From assembly GCA_038087875.1 (NCBI GenBank), contig CM075988.1:15130001-15194000 (forward strand): a DNA stretch of 64,000 nt. The letters run 5' to 3'. The translations under genes and the position numbers were made by a program. Shown here piece after piece: positions 1 to 43,400 of this stretch. The notes under the pieces are model-generated. The model had not been told where the DNA came from. It saw only the letters and a program-made list of their open reading frames with translations, and made no database searches. Each line of letters starts with the position of its first letter. The first letter of the stretch is position 1. Source of the DNA: Malacoraja senta (taxonomy: Eukaryota).

Positions 1-1288
1 TAATTTCGCCCATTCTTCTCTGCAGATCCTCTCAAGATCTGTCAGGTTGGACGGGGAGCGTCGATGCACAGCTATTTTCAGGTCCCTCCAGAGATGTTCG
101 ATCGGATTCAAGTCCGGGCTCTGGCTGGGCCACTCAAGGACATTCACAGACTTGTCATGAAGCCACTCCTGCGTTGTCTTGGCTGTGTGCTTAGGGACGT
201 TGTCCTGTTGGAAGGTGAACCTCTGCCCCAGTCTGAGGTCCAGAACGCTCTGGAGCAGGTTTTCATCAAGGGTCTCTCTGTACTTTGCTCCATTCATCTT
301 TCCCTCGATCCTGACTAGTCTCCCAGTTCCTGCCGCTGAAAAACATCCCCACGGCATAATGCTGCCACCACCGTGCTTCACCGTAGGTATGGTATTGGCC
401 AGGTGATGAGCAGTGCCTGGTTTCCTCCAGACGTGACGCTTGGCATTCAGGCCAAAGAGTTCAATCTTGGTTTCATCCGACCAGAAAATCTTGTTTAGGT
501 GTCTTTTGGCAAACTCCAAGCGGGCTGTCATGTGCCTTTTACTGAGGAGTGGCTTCCGTCTGGCCACTCTACCATAAATAAAGCACTGTTGCAGATATAG
601 TTGTCCTTCTGGAAGATTCTCCCATCTCCACAGAGGAACACTGGAGCTCTGTCAGAGTAACCATCGGGTTCTTGGTCAACTCCCTGACCAAGGCACTTCT
701 CAGTTTGGCCGGGCGGCCAGCTCTATGAAGAGTCCTGGTGGTTTCATAGTCCTTCCATTTAAGAATGACGGAGACCACTGTGCTCTTCGGGACCTGCAAT
801 GCTGCAGAAATTGTTTTATAGCCTTCCCCTGATCTGTGTCTCGACACAATCCTGTCTCGGAGGTCTACGGACAATTCCTTCGTCTTCATGGCTTGGTTTT
901 TGCTCTGACACGCACTGTCAACTGTGGGACCTTATATAGACAGGTGTGTGCCTTTCCAAATCATGTCCAATCAATTTAATTTACCACTGGTAGACTCCAA
1001 TCAAGTTGTAGAAACATCTCAAGGATAATCAATGGAAACAGGATGAACCTAAGCTCAATTTTGAGTGTCATAGCAAAGGGTCTGAATACTTATGTAAATG
1101 TGATATTTCAGTTATTTCCTTTTAATTACTTTGCAAACATTTCTAAACACCTGTTTTCGCTTTTATATTATGGGGTATTGTGTGTAGATTGATGATAAAA
1201 AAATGAATTTAATCCATTTTAGAATAAGGCTGTAACATAACAAAATGTGGAAAAAGTGAAGGTGTCTGAATACTTTCTGAAGGCACTG
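1..1288 (-). mobile_element. Tc1/mariner (IR/DR-type, DD34E) DNA transposon, defective, truncated by window start
   Basis: The minus-strand ORF 569-889 is a paired-like N-terminus (MKTKELSVDLRDRIV...GRP). Downstream frames give [14 protein letters not shown] and SPDLNPIE. The terminal repeat reads CAGTGCCTTCAGAAAGTATTCAGAC from 1288, with a TA site at 1289-1290 and an inner direct repeat near 1079-1091. Frameshifts and small deletions are present. Confidence 0.93.
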
Positions 1289-1290
1289 TA

Positions 1291-1535
1291 CCTTCAGAAT
1301 GAGATAAGGAGGCATTTATTTAGCAAGAGGGTGGTGAATCTGTGGAATTCATTACCACATACAACAGTGGAGGCCAAGTCATTGGGTATTTTTAAAGTTG
1401 AGATTGATAGGTTCTTGATTAGTAAGAGGGTTATGGTGAGAGGGCAGGAATATGGTGTTGAGAGGAAAACCTAGAAAAGCTATGATCAAATGGCAGAGCA
1501 GACACAATGGGCTGAATGGCCTAACTCTGTTTGTT
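1291..1535 (+). mobile_element. CR1/HER1-like LINE 3' fragment
   Basis: Encodes ...RRHLFSKRVVNLWNSLP...FKVEIDRFL and ends in the atgggctgaatggcct 3' tail. Confidence 0.75.
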
Positions 1536-1644
1536 TATGTTATCAATCTTCCTCATACCCACTGCACACTCTGGTGCCACTTTAGTGGCAATGAAAACAA
1601 TTAATCACATGGTAACCTTGGACTACTGCACCATGTGCCAAAGT

Positions 1645-2330
1645 AGAGATGTTGAAATTTCATGTTCTTAGGATTAAATATTACCAGCAATTTGGACTGG
1701 CCATATCAAAGCAATGGCCACGAAAGAACACCTATGCCTCTACTTCCTTAGAAGGCTTAAGAAGTTTGGCATGTCCGCACAATCATCACTAACTTCTGCA
1801 GATACACCGTAGAAATCATTTTATCGTGATTCATCACAGCATGGTTTGGGAACAGCTCCTTCCAAGACCGCAAGAAATTGCAGTCCAATTGCAAATTGGA
1901 CATAGCCCAGACCATCAAGCAAACCATTCTCCCTTCCCCTCCATCTATACTTCACAATGGTTCGGCAAGGCAGTCAGCATAATCAGGGACATGTCTCACC
2001 CCAGTCACTCCCTCTTCTCCCCTCTCCCATTAGACAGGAGGTCCAAAAGTTTGGAAACACATGCCTGCAGGCAATTGAACCACACTATCACCAACCAGAG
2101 AGCAGTTCTGACCTACCACCTACCTCATTGGAGGCTTCAAACTATCTTTAATCAGACTTTACTGGACTTTACCTTGCACTAAACATTATTCCCTTCAATA
2201 TGTATCTGTAAACTGTGGATGGCTTGATTGTAATCATGTATAGCCTTTTTGCTAACAGGATAGCATGCAACATAAAGCTTTTCACTGTACCTCTGTATAC
2301 ATGACAATAATAAACTAAAGTAAACTACAT
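1645..2330 (+). mobile_element. Rex1/Babar-type non-LTR element 3' fragment
   Basis: Degenerate FxFLG..ITxNLxW and LYFLRRLKKFGM motifs; tail gcttttcactgtacc...aataaactaaa. Confidence 0.65.
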
Positions 2331-2790
2331 CTCCCCTGAGATTTCCTCTTTACCTCCTTCCCCATCCAATTCCTTTCCACTTAATCTGTTTAGAAATCAT
2401 TGACAGTTTTCCTCCATATGTTTCAATAATTTTTCTTCACACAAATTGATTAAAGATACAATTTTAGCCACCGTGCCCACTTTGACCATCAATTACTTGT
2501 TCATTTTAGTGGTACGTTATCTCACTTTTAATCCACACCCTACAGAGAAGGGGCAATTTACAGAGGTCAATTAACCTAAATGGAATGTGGAACAAAACCA
2601 GAGCACCTGGAAGAAACCCACGCAGGCACAAGGAGAAAGCATCAATGGAAGCTGATCCTCTAAAGATATAACCTTTCACAAAATGTCATCTTTGCTCCAA
2701 ATGTTGGACCCTTTATCTATCTTTGAACTGTGGACACCTTGATTATATTCGTATATGGTATTTTATTTCACTAAATAGCACTCAATCAAA

Positions 2791-4628
2791 TTCCCTTTTA
2801 AAATCGCCGTAGAAAAATTTAAATATTTGGGAATTGAAATTACTAGAAAATATAAGTCTCTATTTAATGCAAACTATATGCCCTTACTCAATAAACTAAA
2901 CACACTGATTAAATTCTGGAAAACCCTCCCGATGTCTCTTATAGGCCGAATAAATGCTATAAAAATGATCTTTTTACCACAAATTTTATATCTATTCCAG
3001 TCAATATACTTACCCAAAATTAAAAAAAAAAATTGGATGCTGATATTACAGATTTTATATGGGACTATAAATCCCACAGAATCCAAAGAAAACATTTGTG
3101 TAAACCTAAGGAATTTGGTGGATTATCACTCCCCAATTTTTTATATTATTACTGGGCCACAAATGTCAAAAATATGATTCACCTGTTGGACAATTCGGCC
3201 CAGCAGGTGGATTGGATAGTAATGGAGAGAGAGGACTGCTCCCCTTTTAACATAGGAGCGATCCTTCTCTCACCAGCAAAAATAAAGAATACAATATATA
3301 GTAAAAATCCAATTATTCACAGTACAATTAGAATTTGGTAACAAATAAAATTATCGTTAAAATTAAGAAATCTATCACTTCTTTTACCTATAATGAATAA
3401 CCCTTCGTTTAAACCTTCTATGATGGATAGAGCTTTTATAAATTGGGAAAGAGTAGGAATTAAAACGTTTGGAGATATGTATGATAATGGAAGTTTTTTA
3501 ACATTTCACCAATTACAACTTAAATACAACTTGAATAATAATCAATATTTTAAATATTTCCAACTGCGTGACTATTTGAAAAAGTATACACGGGAATATC
3601 AAAATATCTCTCCTGACTTATTAGATGGGATAATGAATATAAAAGCGGAATCAACTAATTTAATATCATACCTATATAATTCCATTTTAAATATAGAAAT
3701 TCCATCATCGGACGGGATCAGAAGAGAATGGGAACAGGAATTGGCTATAAAAATCTCGAAAGAGAGTTGGGATAAACATCTATTATATGTGCATAAATGT
3801 TCCATTAACGTAAGACATACTCTGATTCAATTTAAAATTTTACATAGATTATATTATTCAAAAGCTAAATTAAGTAAATTTTACCCAAATACCTCTGCAA
3901 ACTGTGATAAATGCCTAGTCCAAGAATCAACTATAGCACATTCTTTTGTTTTTTGTATAAAAATTCAGAAATTTGGGAATGAAATTTTTGAAATTTTCAC
4001 TAAATTATTTAAAATAAAACTGAAACCGAATGCAGAATTGATTATTTTTGGAACAATAGAAGCAAGTTTGGAGCTGACTTCGTTTCAAAGGAGTTTTCTT
4101 AGTTATGGCTTAATAACGGCAAAAAAATTAATACTGAAATTTTGGAAAAATGCTCCTACGCCAACAATAAAAATGTGGACTTCTAATATGTCGGAATTGT
4201 TACATCTAGAAGATATGACATTCCTCCTAGCAGGTAAACAAGACCAATTCCAAAAGATTTGGTCTCCATATATCGACTTATTACAAACATAGGGTGCAAC
4301 AAAATGTTGATAATAAATGGTTTTAGGACCTGGCGAGGGGTGAGTAAAGATAAGAAGTAGGTGCATCCCTTTCATATTGTCCTATCTTACTTTCTTTTTT
4401 CTCTTTTTTTCTTTTCTTCTTTAACTACTTCTTGTGGTTTAGGTTCACATGTATGTTCCTGGGCCACTTTTTCATTCACTCACTGACTGTCCTTGCTAGT
4501 TCATTCTATTCTTCTTTTCTATTAAAGTTGAAAAACAGAAGTGGTACAAGAACTGTATAAATTTACGTTATTGTAGATTACTGTAATGTAAAATACTTCT
4601 AAAAAATAAAATTAAAAAAATTAAAAAA
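2791..4628 (+). mobile_element. 5'-truncated L1/Tx1-clade LINE (ORF2 C-terminal part, 3'UTR, A-rich tail) with 19-bp TSD
   Basis: Contains KYLGI, GRINAIKMIFLPQILYLFQ, GGLSLPN and a CCHC motif (CDKC...HSFVFC). Frameshift at the A-run near 3021-3032 and stop at 3339-3341. TAAATAGCACTCAATCAAA occurs at both 2772-2790 and 4629-4647. Confidence 0.92.
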
Positions 4629-5446
4629 TAAATAGCACTCAATCAAAGGCTTTTCACTGTATCCTGGTACATGTGATGATAACAATAAACGACACTAAAC
4701 CACTGATGAATAATGTAATTGAAGGACTTGAAGATATAATTCATAATGACATAGGAATGCGACTGTCTTAAAGCAGGTTAATGGCATACAGACATGGATG
4801 GATCAAGACCCAAAGGGAGCTGGTACAGCACGTATGTGGAATGTAATAAAATGCACTGCAGATACTGGTTTGTACCAAAGATAGACACAAAATGCCTGAG
4901 TAACTCAACAGGTCAGCCAGCACTGGAGAAAATGGATAGGTGACGTTTTGGGTCTGGACTGTGGAAGCTGATCACAAGATTACTGCATTTAAACCAGAAA
5001 AATAGGAATGCGTTCAAGCAAAGGCAATGCCTACTGTGGTAATGCTAAACACTGGGGAATTCTGAGTTTTGGAAGGGATCGTGTGCTATGAATACAATAA
5101 TATGTTCACAGTCTGATCTTGGGAGAAGAATGGATTGGGTTCAAGATAAGGGATATAACCACACATTCATAGATCTTAGCAGGAAAAGCAGTTTGACTGA
5201 ATGGCACTTGACAAAAACTGCAGAAGTGTTGGATGTATTGGAAAGGGAATGGGAAAAGAAATGGAAAATGGAAAATTGGATGGTGCCTGCTCTCAATCCC
5301 AACTGGAATAGGAACCAGGAAATGAACCTGACTAGATGGAATGGAAAAGAGCAGGAAGTGAGCTCTATCCAAGGGGAAAGTGAGTTCAGATCCATGATGG
5401 AACAGACAGAGGGAGAGAGCAGGAGGACATCAAACAGTTTACTGGG

Positions 5447-5722
5447 TAGGAAGGATCTGCAGATGCTGGTATACACCGAAGATAGACACAAAATACTGGA
5501 GTAACTAAGCGGGTCAGGCAGCATCTCTGGAGAAAAGGAATAGGTAACATTTTTGGTCGAGACCCTTCTTCAGACTCCGGAATATGTGACGTTTTGGATC
5601 GAGACCCTTCTTGATACCTTATTCAAGGCTGAAGAAGGGTCTCGACCCAAAAGTTCACCTATTCCTTTTCTCCAGATATGCTACCAGTCCCGCTGAGTTA
5701 CTCTAGCATTTTGTGTCTATCT
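5447..5722. repeat. Penelope-derived short repeat, inverted pair (representative of roughly 30 copies, e.g. 6735-6945, 10773-10979, 13394-13548, 14490-14690, 17797-18048, 22445-22875, 33727-33878, 56486-56691, 60864-60994)
   Basis: Recurring gaactgcagatgctgg...gacacaaaatgctggagtaactcagcggg...gtgacgtttcgggtcgagacccttcttcag and its reverse complement. Confidence 0.85.
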
Positions 5723-5802
5723 AAAAGGGTTTGCTGTTGTGCACAATAATTATTCTGATACCGAAGCAGACATAACATCCACCTTTGTTCTGTTGCAGGA
5801 TC

Positions 5803-37556
<31,754 letters not shown>

Positions 37557-37818
37557 CAGAGATGGAGCAGTCAGACTTGGGAGCAAGATTACAGTGGGAT
37601 TGACCAGAATTAAACAAACAACTGCAATTTCATATTTTTTGGGATCCATTTTATTTAAGTAAATAATGCTTTTGTAGTGAAATACTGTAATATCTGGACT
37701 GTATAATGCATTTTACAGAGTTGGAACTTACTCTTTATCCTGTTATAAACAGCCAGGACTGGTGTATGTTTTAGGATTTCATCTTTTGAACTGTTGTGTT
37801 TAGGGTAACAAACATTGA

Positions 37819-37824
37819 AATAAA
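37819..37824 (+). terminator. Candidate tecta polyadenylation signal AATAAA
   Basis: Hexamer about 260 bp after the stop codon. Confidence 0.5.
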
Positions 37825-40067
37825 AGATTTATTATCAATCGAACTGAGGGTCATTCTGATTCAAACCATCTTGAGCTCAAAACATAACAACTAATCAAAA
37901 ATTGAGATCTTTGCTCCATGGACAGTTATGCCATGCAACCCCTTCCCCCCACAAAGCTGACATTCTTCCCAGGTGATCTCTCCACATACATGATGTGAAC
38001 ATTTTTGACCATTATTTTTGGTAATGTACCTTCTTAAACTGATTGCAAGATTTGCACCATGTAAAGGTTACTGCAGCTCCAAGGATTTATATTAAATTCG
38101 TTTTGATCCAAATCAATCTTTCATGTCTACGGCACATGCCAAAGTAATGACTGAATTGAAGAAAAATGCCTCAAATTCTGGCACTTGCAGCAACACAATA
38201 ATTGCCAAAGCTTGGCACAGTAAAAAAGTTGGTGCCCGTGGAACTCATCCTTCAGTTTGTCTCTTGTACATAATCCTGCTGGGTCAGTGCTTGCCGGACT
38301 TGTGGGGCAACTGGAACCAGTTCTCTCCCAAGAATCTGTGCCCCAGGTGGATGTGGTGTCTGACAAACACATTCCATAGAGAGACAGGAAGCTATTTTAC
38401 AAAGTTAGGGAGACAATGTTTGACACCATAGAATGCAATATCCATACCTTGACTAGCTTAGCCATCGTTCCATCTCTAGGGAACACAGACAGGCAACATT
38501 TCGGGTTGGGATATTTCTACAGATTGTAGGGTCCTAACCAGAAACATCACCCATCTATGTTCTCTATAGATGGTGCCCAATCTGCTACTCCAGTACTTTG
38601 TGTCCTTTTTATAAACCAGCATCAACAGTTCCTTGTGTCTACATAGCTTTGAGCAAGTAGTCAAACACATATTAGGTCAAAAACAACAAAAGCAAATCTT
38701 TCCGCCACAGCTTTTTAATTATACGGAAACAATTTAATTATAATGAAACATTTCTTTAAAACCCAGATCCCAGAAACAGAATTATATTTGTTTTTTTTTC
38801 AAGTAACATAATATCATTGCTAAATCTTAAACGAGATGCTATTTTACAAAGTTAGATAAAACCAATTGAAATATGTCATAAACTTGAGACAAATAAAACT
38901 ATAGATTAGGGGAGGCAGCAGAGTTAGTGTGTTGTGCAGGGTGATGTACAGGGCAACAACAGGAGCTAGAGCAGATCTGTGCACGTCAGGGCAATAGGTA
39001 AAGTTAGGACATGCACTCACACCAAATCAGCATCATCTCAGAAGCAAGAGTGGTGTGAGGACATTTATTGGAGAGTCTGAAGTATCTGCTTTAGTCAGAG
39101 TTAGAACTGATATCCACCAGGAGGGTGTCTTGTGCCTTGTTAACAGATTTTATGTTCACTTTACCATCAGTACCAAACAGCAAGAACTAGGTGACAGTAA
39201 TTTCCAGTTATTCACACCTGATGGGCTCGCCAAAATTAAGTTTCTCCCTCGAGCCCTGTGTAACACTGAGATGAGTGTTGATATTGAATGGGACAGGAAT
39301 TAAGAGATGGACACTGCAGAAATAGCAGCTACCAGGTAGATTTGGTTACAGCTGCTGTTTCTGCCAAATGGAATATAGGAAGCCACATGATTGAAAGTTG
39401 GGGTTATTTGTGGTGTGGAGAAACTAATCCTGGGAGGTGATGCTCTAAATGCAAATCAATCGATTATATAAACACAATTCTGGCAGTACAGAATTAACCA
39501 GACCCAGTGCCCACCACATCAACATTTCCAACATCTCGTGTCAGAAGTCTGCTCTGCTATTTTGTGACCAAATTGTTCCAAAACCACAGTATCAGTGAGA
39601 GATAAGCATCTGAAAAAAAAAAGACGCGACAGCCCTGGCGATGTGTGGATGTGAGGGGTGAATGTGTTTGCCAAGTACTTAGAGAACAAAGAATAAGAAA
39701 CTGTATTTTGCAAACACACTGCATGCCCAGAGTAAAGACAAGTTAGAGAGGTAGCGGCTCTCCACCCTGTCCCTGCACCTGGTACTTTGCTCTGAGTGGA
39801 GGTTTTGCCACAAAGCAGCTTTGGTCCACAACCCTGATTCTACATCTGATCAGGATTATAACAGCAGATATAATGTGGATCTTGAATCTAGCTGAGCTAC
39901 CAAGAGCTTTGCTGTAGTAATGAACTGTGTAATAACACACCTTCTCTCACAGCCCAGCTGTGCTGTCAGTCTTGCAGTCTGTGCGCTAACTCTCTTTCGT
40001 GTAAACTCTGCTTGCTCCATCTCTCACACTCCAGGCACCTGCTCTCCCTTGCATTCTCTGTGCACTA

Positions 40068-40360
40068 GCTCTCTCTCTCTCTCTCACACACACATACCGA
40101 GCACTAGCTCGCTCGCTCTCTCACATTCACTCAAATTCCACAAGTCCAGTAACTGACTCAACCCATGAAGCATCTCACCCTCTCTCATCCTGTGCTCTAA
40201 CCCTCTCTTACCTAATGGAGCAACTAATTTTCTCTTGCCTCCCGTGTAGTTACTCTTGCATACACCATCAGTACAGTAAGACACACACACAGATACAAAC
40301 ACTATTTTTCTCTCTCTCTCTCGCTCTCTCGCTAGCTAGCTTTTTCACACACACACACCC
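40068..40360. repeat. CT/CA microsatellite-rich tract in the presumed arhgef12 3'UTR
   Basis: (ct)n and (ca)n runs. Confidence 0.6.
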
Positions 40361-40480
40361 CAGCAGTGTAATAACTCTCTTACCCTGATTACATGGTAAC
40401 TCTCCATTACCCCCCAGCTGTCTATTCCACTGTCCCCATTGCTGGAACTCAGCACGTGGGCTCCATGCATTCACCAGATC

Positions 40481-40491
40481 TTAATCTTCAT
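40481..40491 (-). CDS. arhgef12: arhgef12 last coding exon (D-E-D-stop)
   Basis: ttgcag|AT GAA GAT TAA, 11 coding bp, comparable to the recalled human D-K-S-stop. Confidence 0.6.
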
Positions 40492-43400
40492 CTGCAAATC
40501 AGCTTAAAACAGGCTATGAAAATAAAAATTATAACAAAACAATTGCATTTATCATAGCAAGTGAATACAAATAAATACATCTCGATTTCATCAAACTCTA
40601 AGCTGATTTTCTGTACATTTGGTTTTTGGAGATGTGGAGAGCGAGATCAGTTCTATAATTGAAAGAGGTGTGTGCATACGTGGGAGGGCGATTTCATCAG
40701 CCAATCCGGGATGCACCCATAACTGGCAAGACACACCAATACAGGCAGGACTCACTGATACACCATCCCAAAAATGACCCAGAAATCAGCGGCATTTGAA
40801 CAAACAATCAGTTCCACAAATGTCTCTAAAGTCCAGAGCTAGCAGGAGCTTCAAGGGGTCATCTCCAAGCACCCATATGTTCCATCACCAAGCCTGGCTT
40901 GATTCCACTTTAGAACAAACTCCATTAACTGTCTCCTGTAAACAAAGCAGAGAGATTGTTTCACACACAACCCATAATATAGTTCATGCTCACTTGCCCC
41001 TTCTCCCCATTTCCCCAAACCCATCATTTGATCCATCCGTTCTGTTCAATTTACTCCATCTCAATGTATTCCACGATTCCATTACCCTTTTGATGAAAAT
41101 AACTTACAGAATCAATTTTAGTGACTCCCTCTATCACCCAATAAATTAGCATGCTCCAATCATGTTTCCTCACAACAATATTTATTACAGCTCTGTTCAT
41201 TATTGGATCCACGGAGACTGGGCCTGTTTGCATTGGTGTGCAGTGCACAGTTCTTCACAGCGGATTTTTCATTGCAACATTTGCTCCTGATCTTTCCAAT
41301 GGGGAAAGTAATAATTGACTGGATATTTCAGGCAAAAGAAACATGGGGAATTCTCTCTCAACATAAGAACACAAAGACAGGAGTATGCTTATATTGCCCC
41401 TTATACTTATTATGTCATTCAGTGTATCACAACTGATTCCATATTTTCTTCATCTGTTGATACCTCTGGAGGTCAGAGAGCAATCAATCTCGTATTTTAA
41501 GTTCAACAATTGACAAATCAACAATTGCTGCCTGTAGAACACTTCAAACATCTAACGCCCTTTGTGAAACTTTGATCCCAGAAACCTTGGCTTTAATACA
41601 TAAACCATAATTCACATTGTTATTGCTTGCAACGACAAATGTTCTGTGGATCCTTAACATCAAAAAACACAATCTTATGGCACAGAAATTGACATTTTCA
41701 TCCATGCCAGTGATGTGTATCTATGCTAATCCTATTTGCTTAAATTACGCCTGTATCTCTCTACGACCAGTCCTTCAGATCTCCTTTACATTTTTACACT
41801 TTCACCTTAAACCTGTGCCCCCTGGTTCTAGTTTCCCCTATCCTGGAGAAAATGACTGATAATCCATTCTACCTATATCCCTCATAATTTGAAAGAGATG
41901 CAAGGTCACCCCTCATTCTCCTGCAATCCAGCCCATCCAATCTCTGTTTATAACTCCATCACACGTTATCAGTGAAGGTTATCATGGTTGGAGTGTCCTC
42001 TACTGATAATTTAATCCCTGATAGCCAAGCATCATTCTTCCAAATCTCCATTGCAATCACTCCAAAGTCAATAGACCCTTTCAAAAGCACAATGCTCAGA
42101 GCTGCTCACAATACTGCAACTGTGATCTGACCCAAGGCAAAGGCAGTTGCAGAATCATCTCTACCCTCATGTCCAGTTCTCCAGCATCCTGCAAGTCTTT
42201 TTGCTCTTGTCAATGATTGAATCTACATACAACCTTGGAATCCACAGAGTCTATTTGTTCAGAAATAACTATCTATCCTTTTAGATCATTCAAAGTTGTG
42301 CTATGGATAAGCAAGGTCATTGTAAAATCCAAGAATGAAGATGTAATTGAGTGACAGAGTGAAAAATAGGAAAGGTATGCTACATCTGTATCGAACTTTG
42401 TTTAGACCACACTGAAGTATTTTGTATAGTTCTGGATCTCATGTTACCCAAAAGGATGCAGAGGCAATGGAGAAAATTTACAAGGGTGATAATAACATTG
42501 CTAGAATATACATATCACCATAGGGAGAACATGTTGGGTTCCTCTTCTCAAGATAATTGAAGGGACAGAGAAAGGGCTATAACATCAAAAATAAAATTGA
42601 TAGAGATTACGGAAAGCATGTTTCCACGTGGGGAAAAGTATAACTAGTGATCATTTAATTACAACAATTACCAAGAAATCGGAGAAGAAATGTATTTACC
42701 AGAGTGGTAAGAAATAGAACTCCTATTTCAGAAGCAGCTGGATTAGCAGAGGGAGAAGGGAAAAGTGGGTTACACTTGACTTAGATGAGAAAACACAGGA
42801 AGAGGGTCAAGTGGAGTATAATTACCAAAATGGACTGGATGGATTGAATTACCTATTCTTTAGTCATAATGTCAAGACTGCAGAAGAAAACATTCATGGA
42901 CATTTCCCATCAACCACTTCTGTCACCCCCACATTTTCAGTGTTCAGCTATCTGGTGCTTAATTTAAAAATAAAGTCTTACGGGACTATAATTCCCTGGG
43001 AAGGGTCCTTGACCCAAAACATAACTGGTTTCTCTTTCCACAAATCCTGCGTGATGAGGCTGAGTTCTTCCAGTATTTGGTTTGTTTCAGATTCCAACAT
43101 CTGCAGTTTTATTGGTTTTAAGTTATTCCCTGGTTTTCCTACCAACCTTCTTACGCAGCAAAATGACAAGCATAATCTTCTAATTTAAAGGAATGGTTCG
43201 TGAACCAAGACAATTATGGTAGCGCATGGTTACAAAGTATCCCCTCTAACTGTGCACACTGCTTTCTGTTGAGGGCCTGTTCTTTGAGTCGGAGCAAAAT
43301 GGCGATAAACCTCGCAATGTAATCATACACTTGCCTGTTGGCTCATGCGAAGCTGAGAGCTCCAGGATATGCTGACTGTGGCATTCCTGCTCCAACTCCT

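Noticed and set aside
5088..5504. 138-aa ORF upstream of tecta
   Set aside because: No recognisable domain, and it ends inside a repeat.
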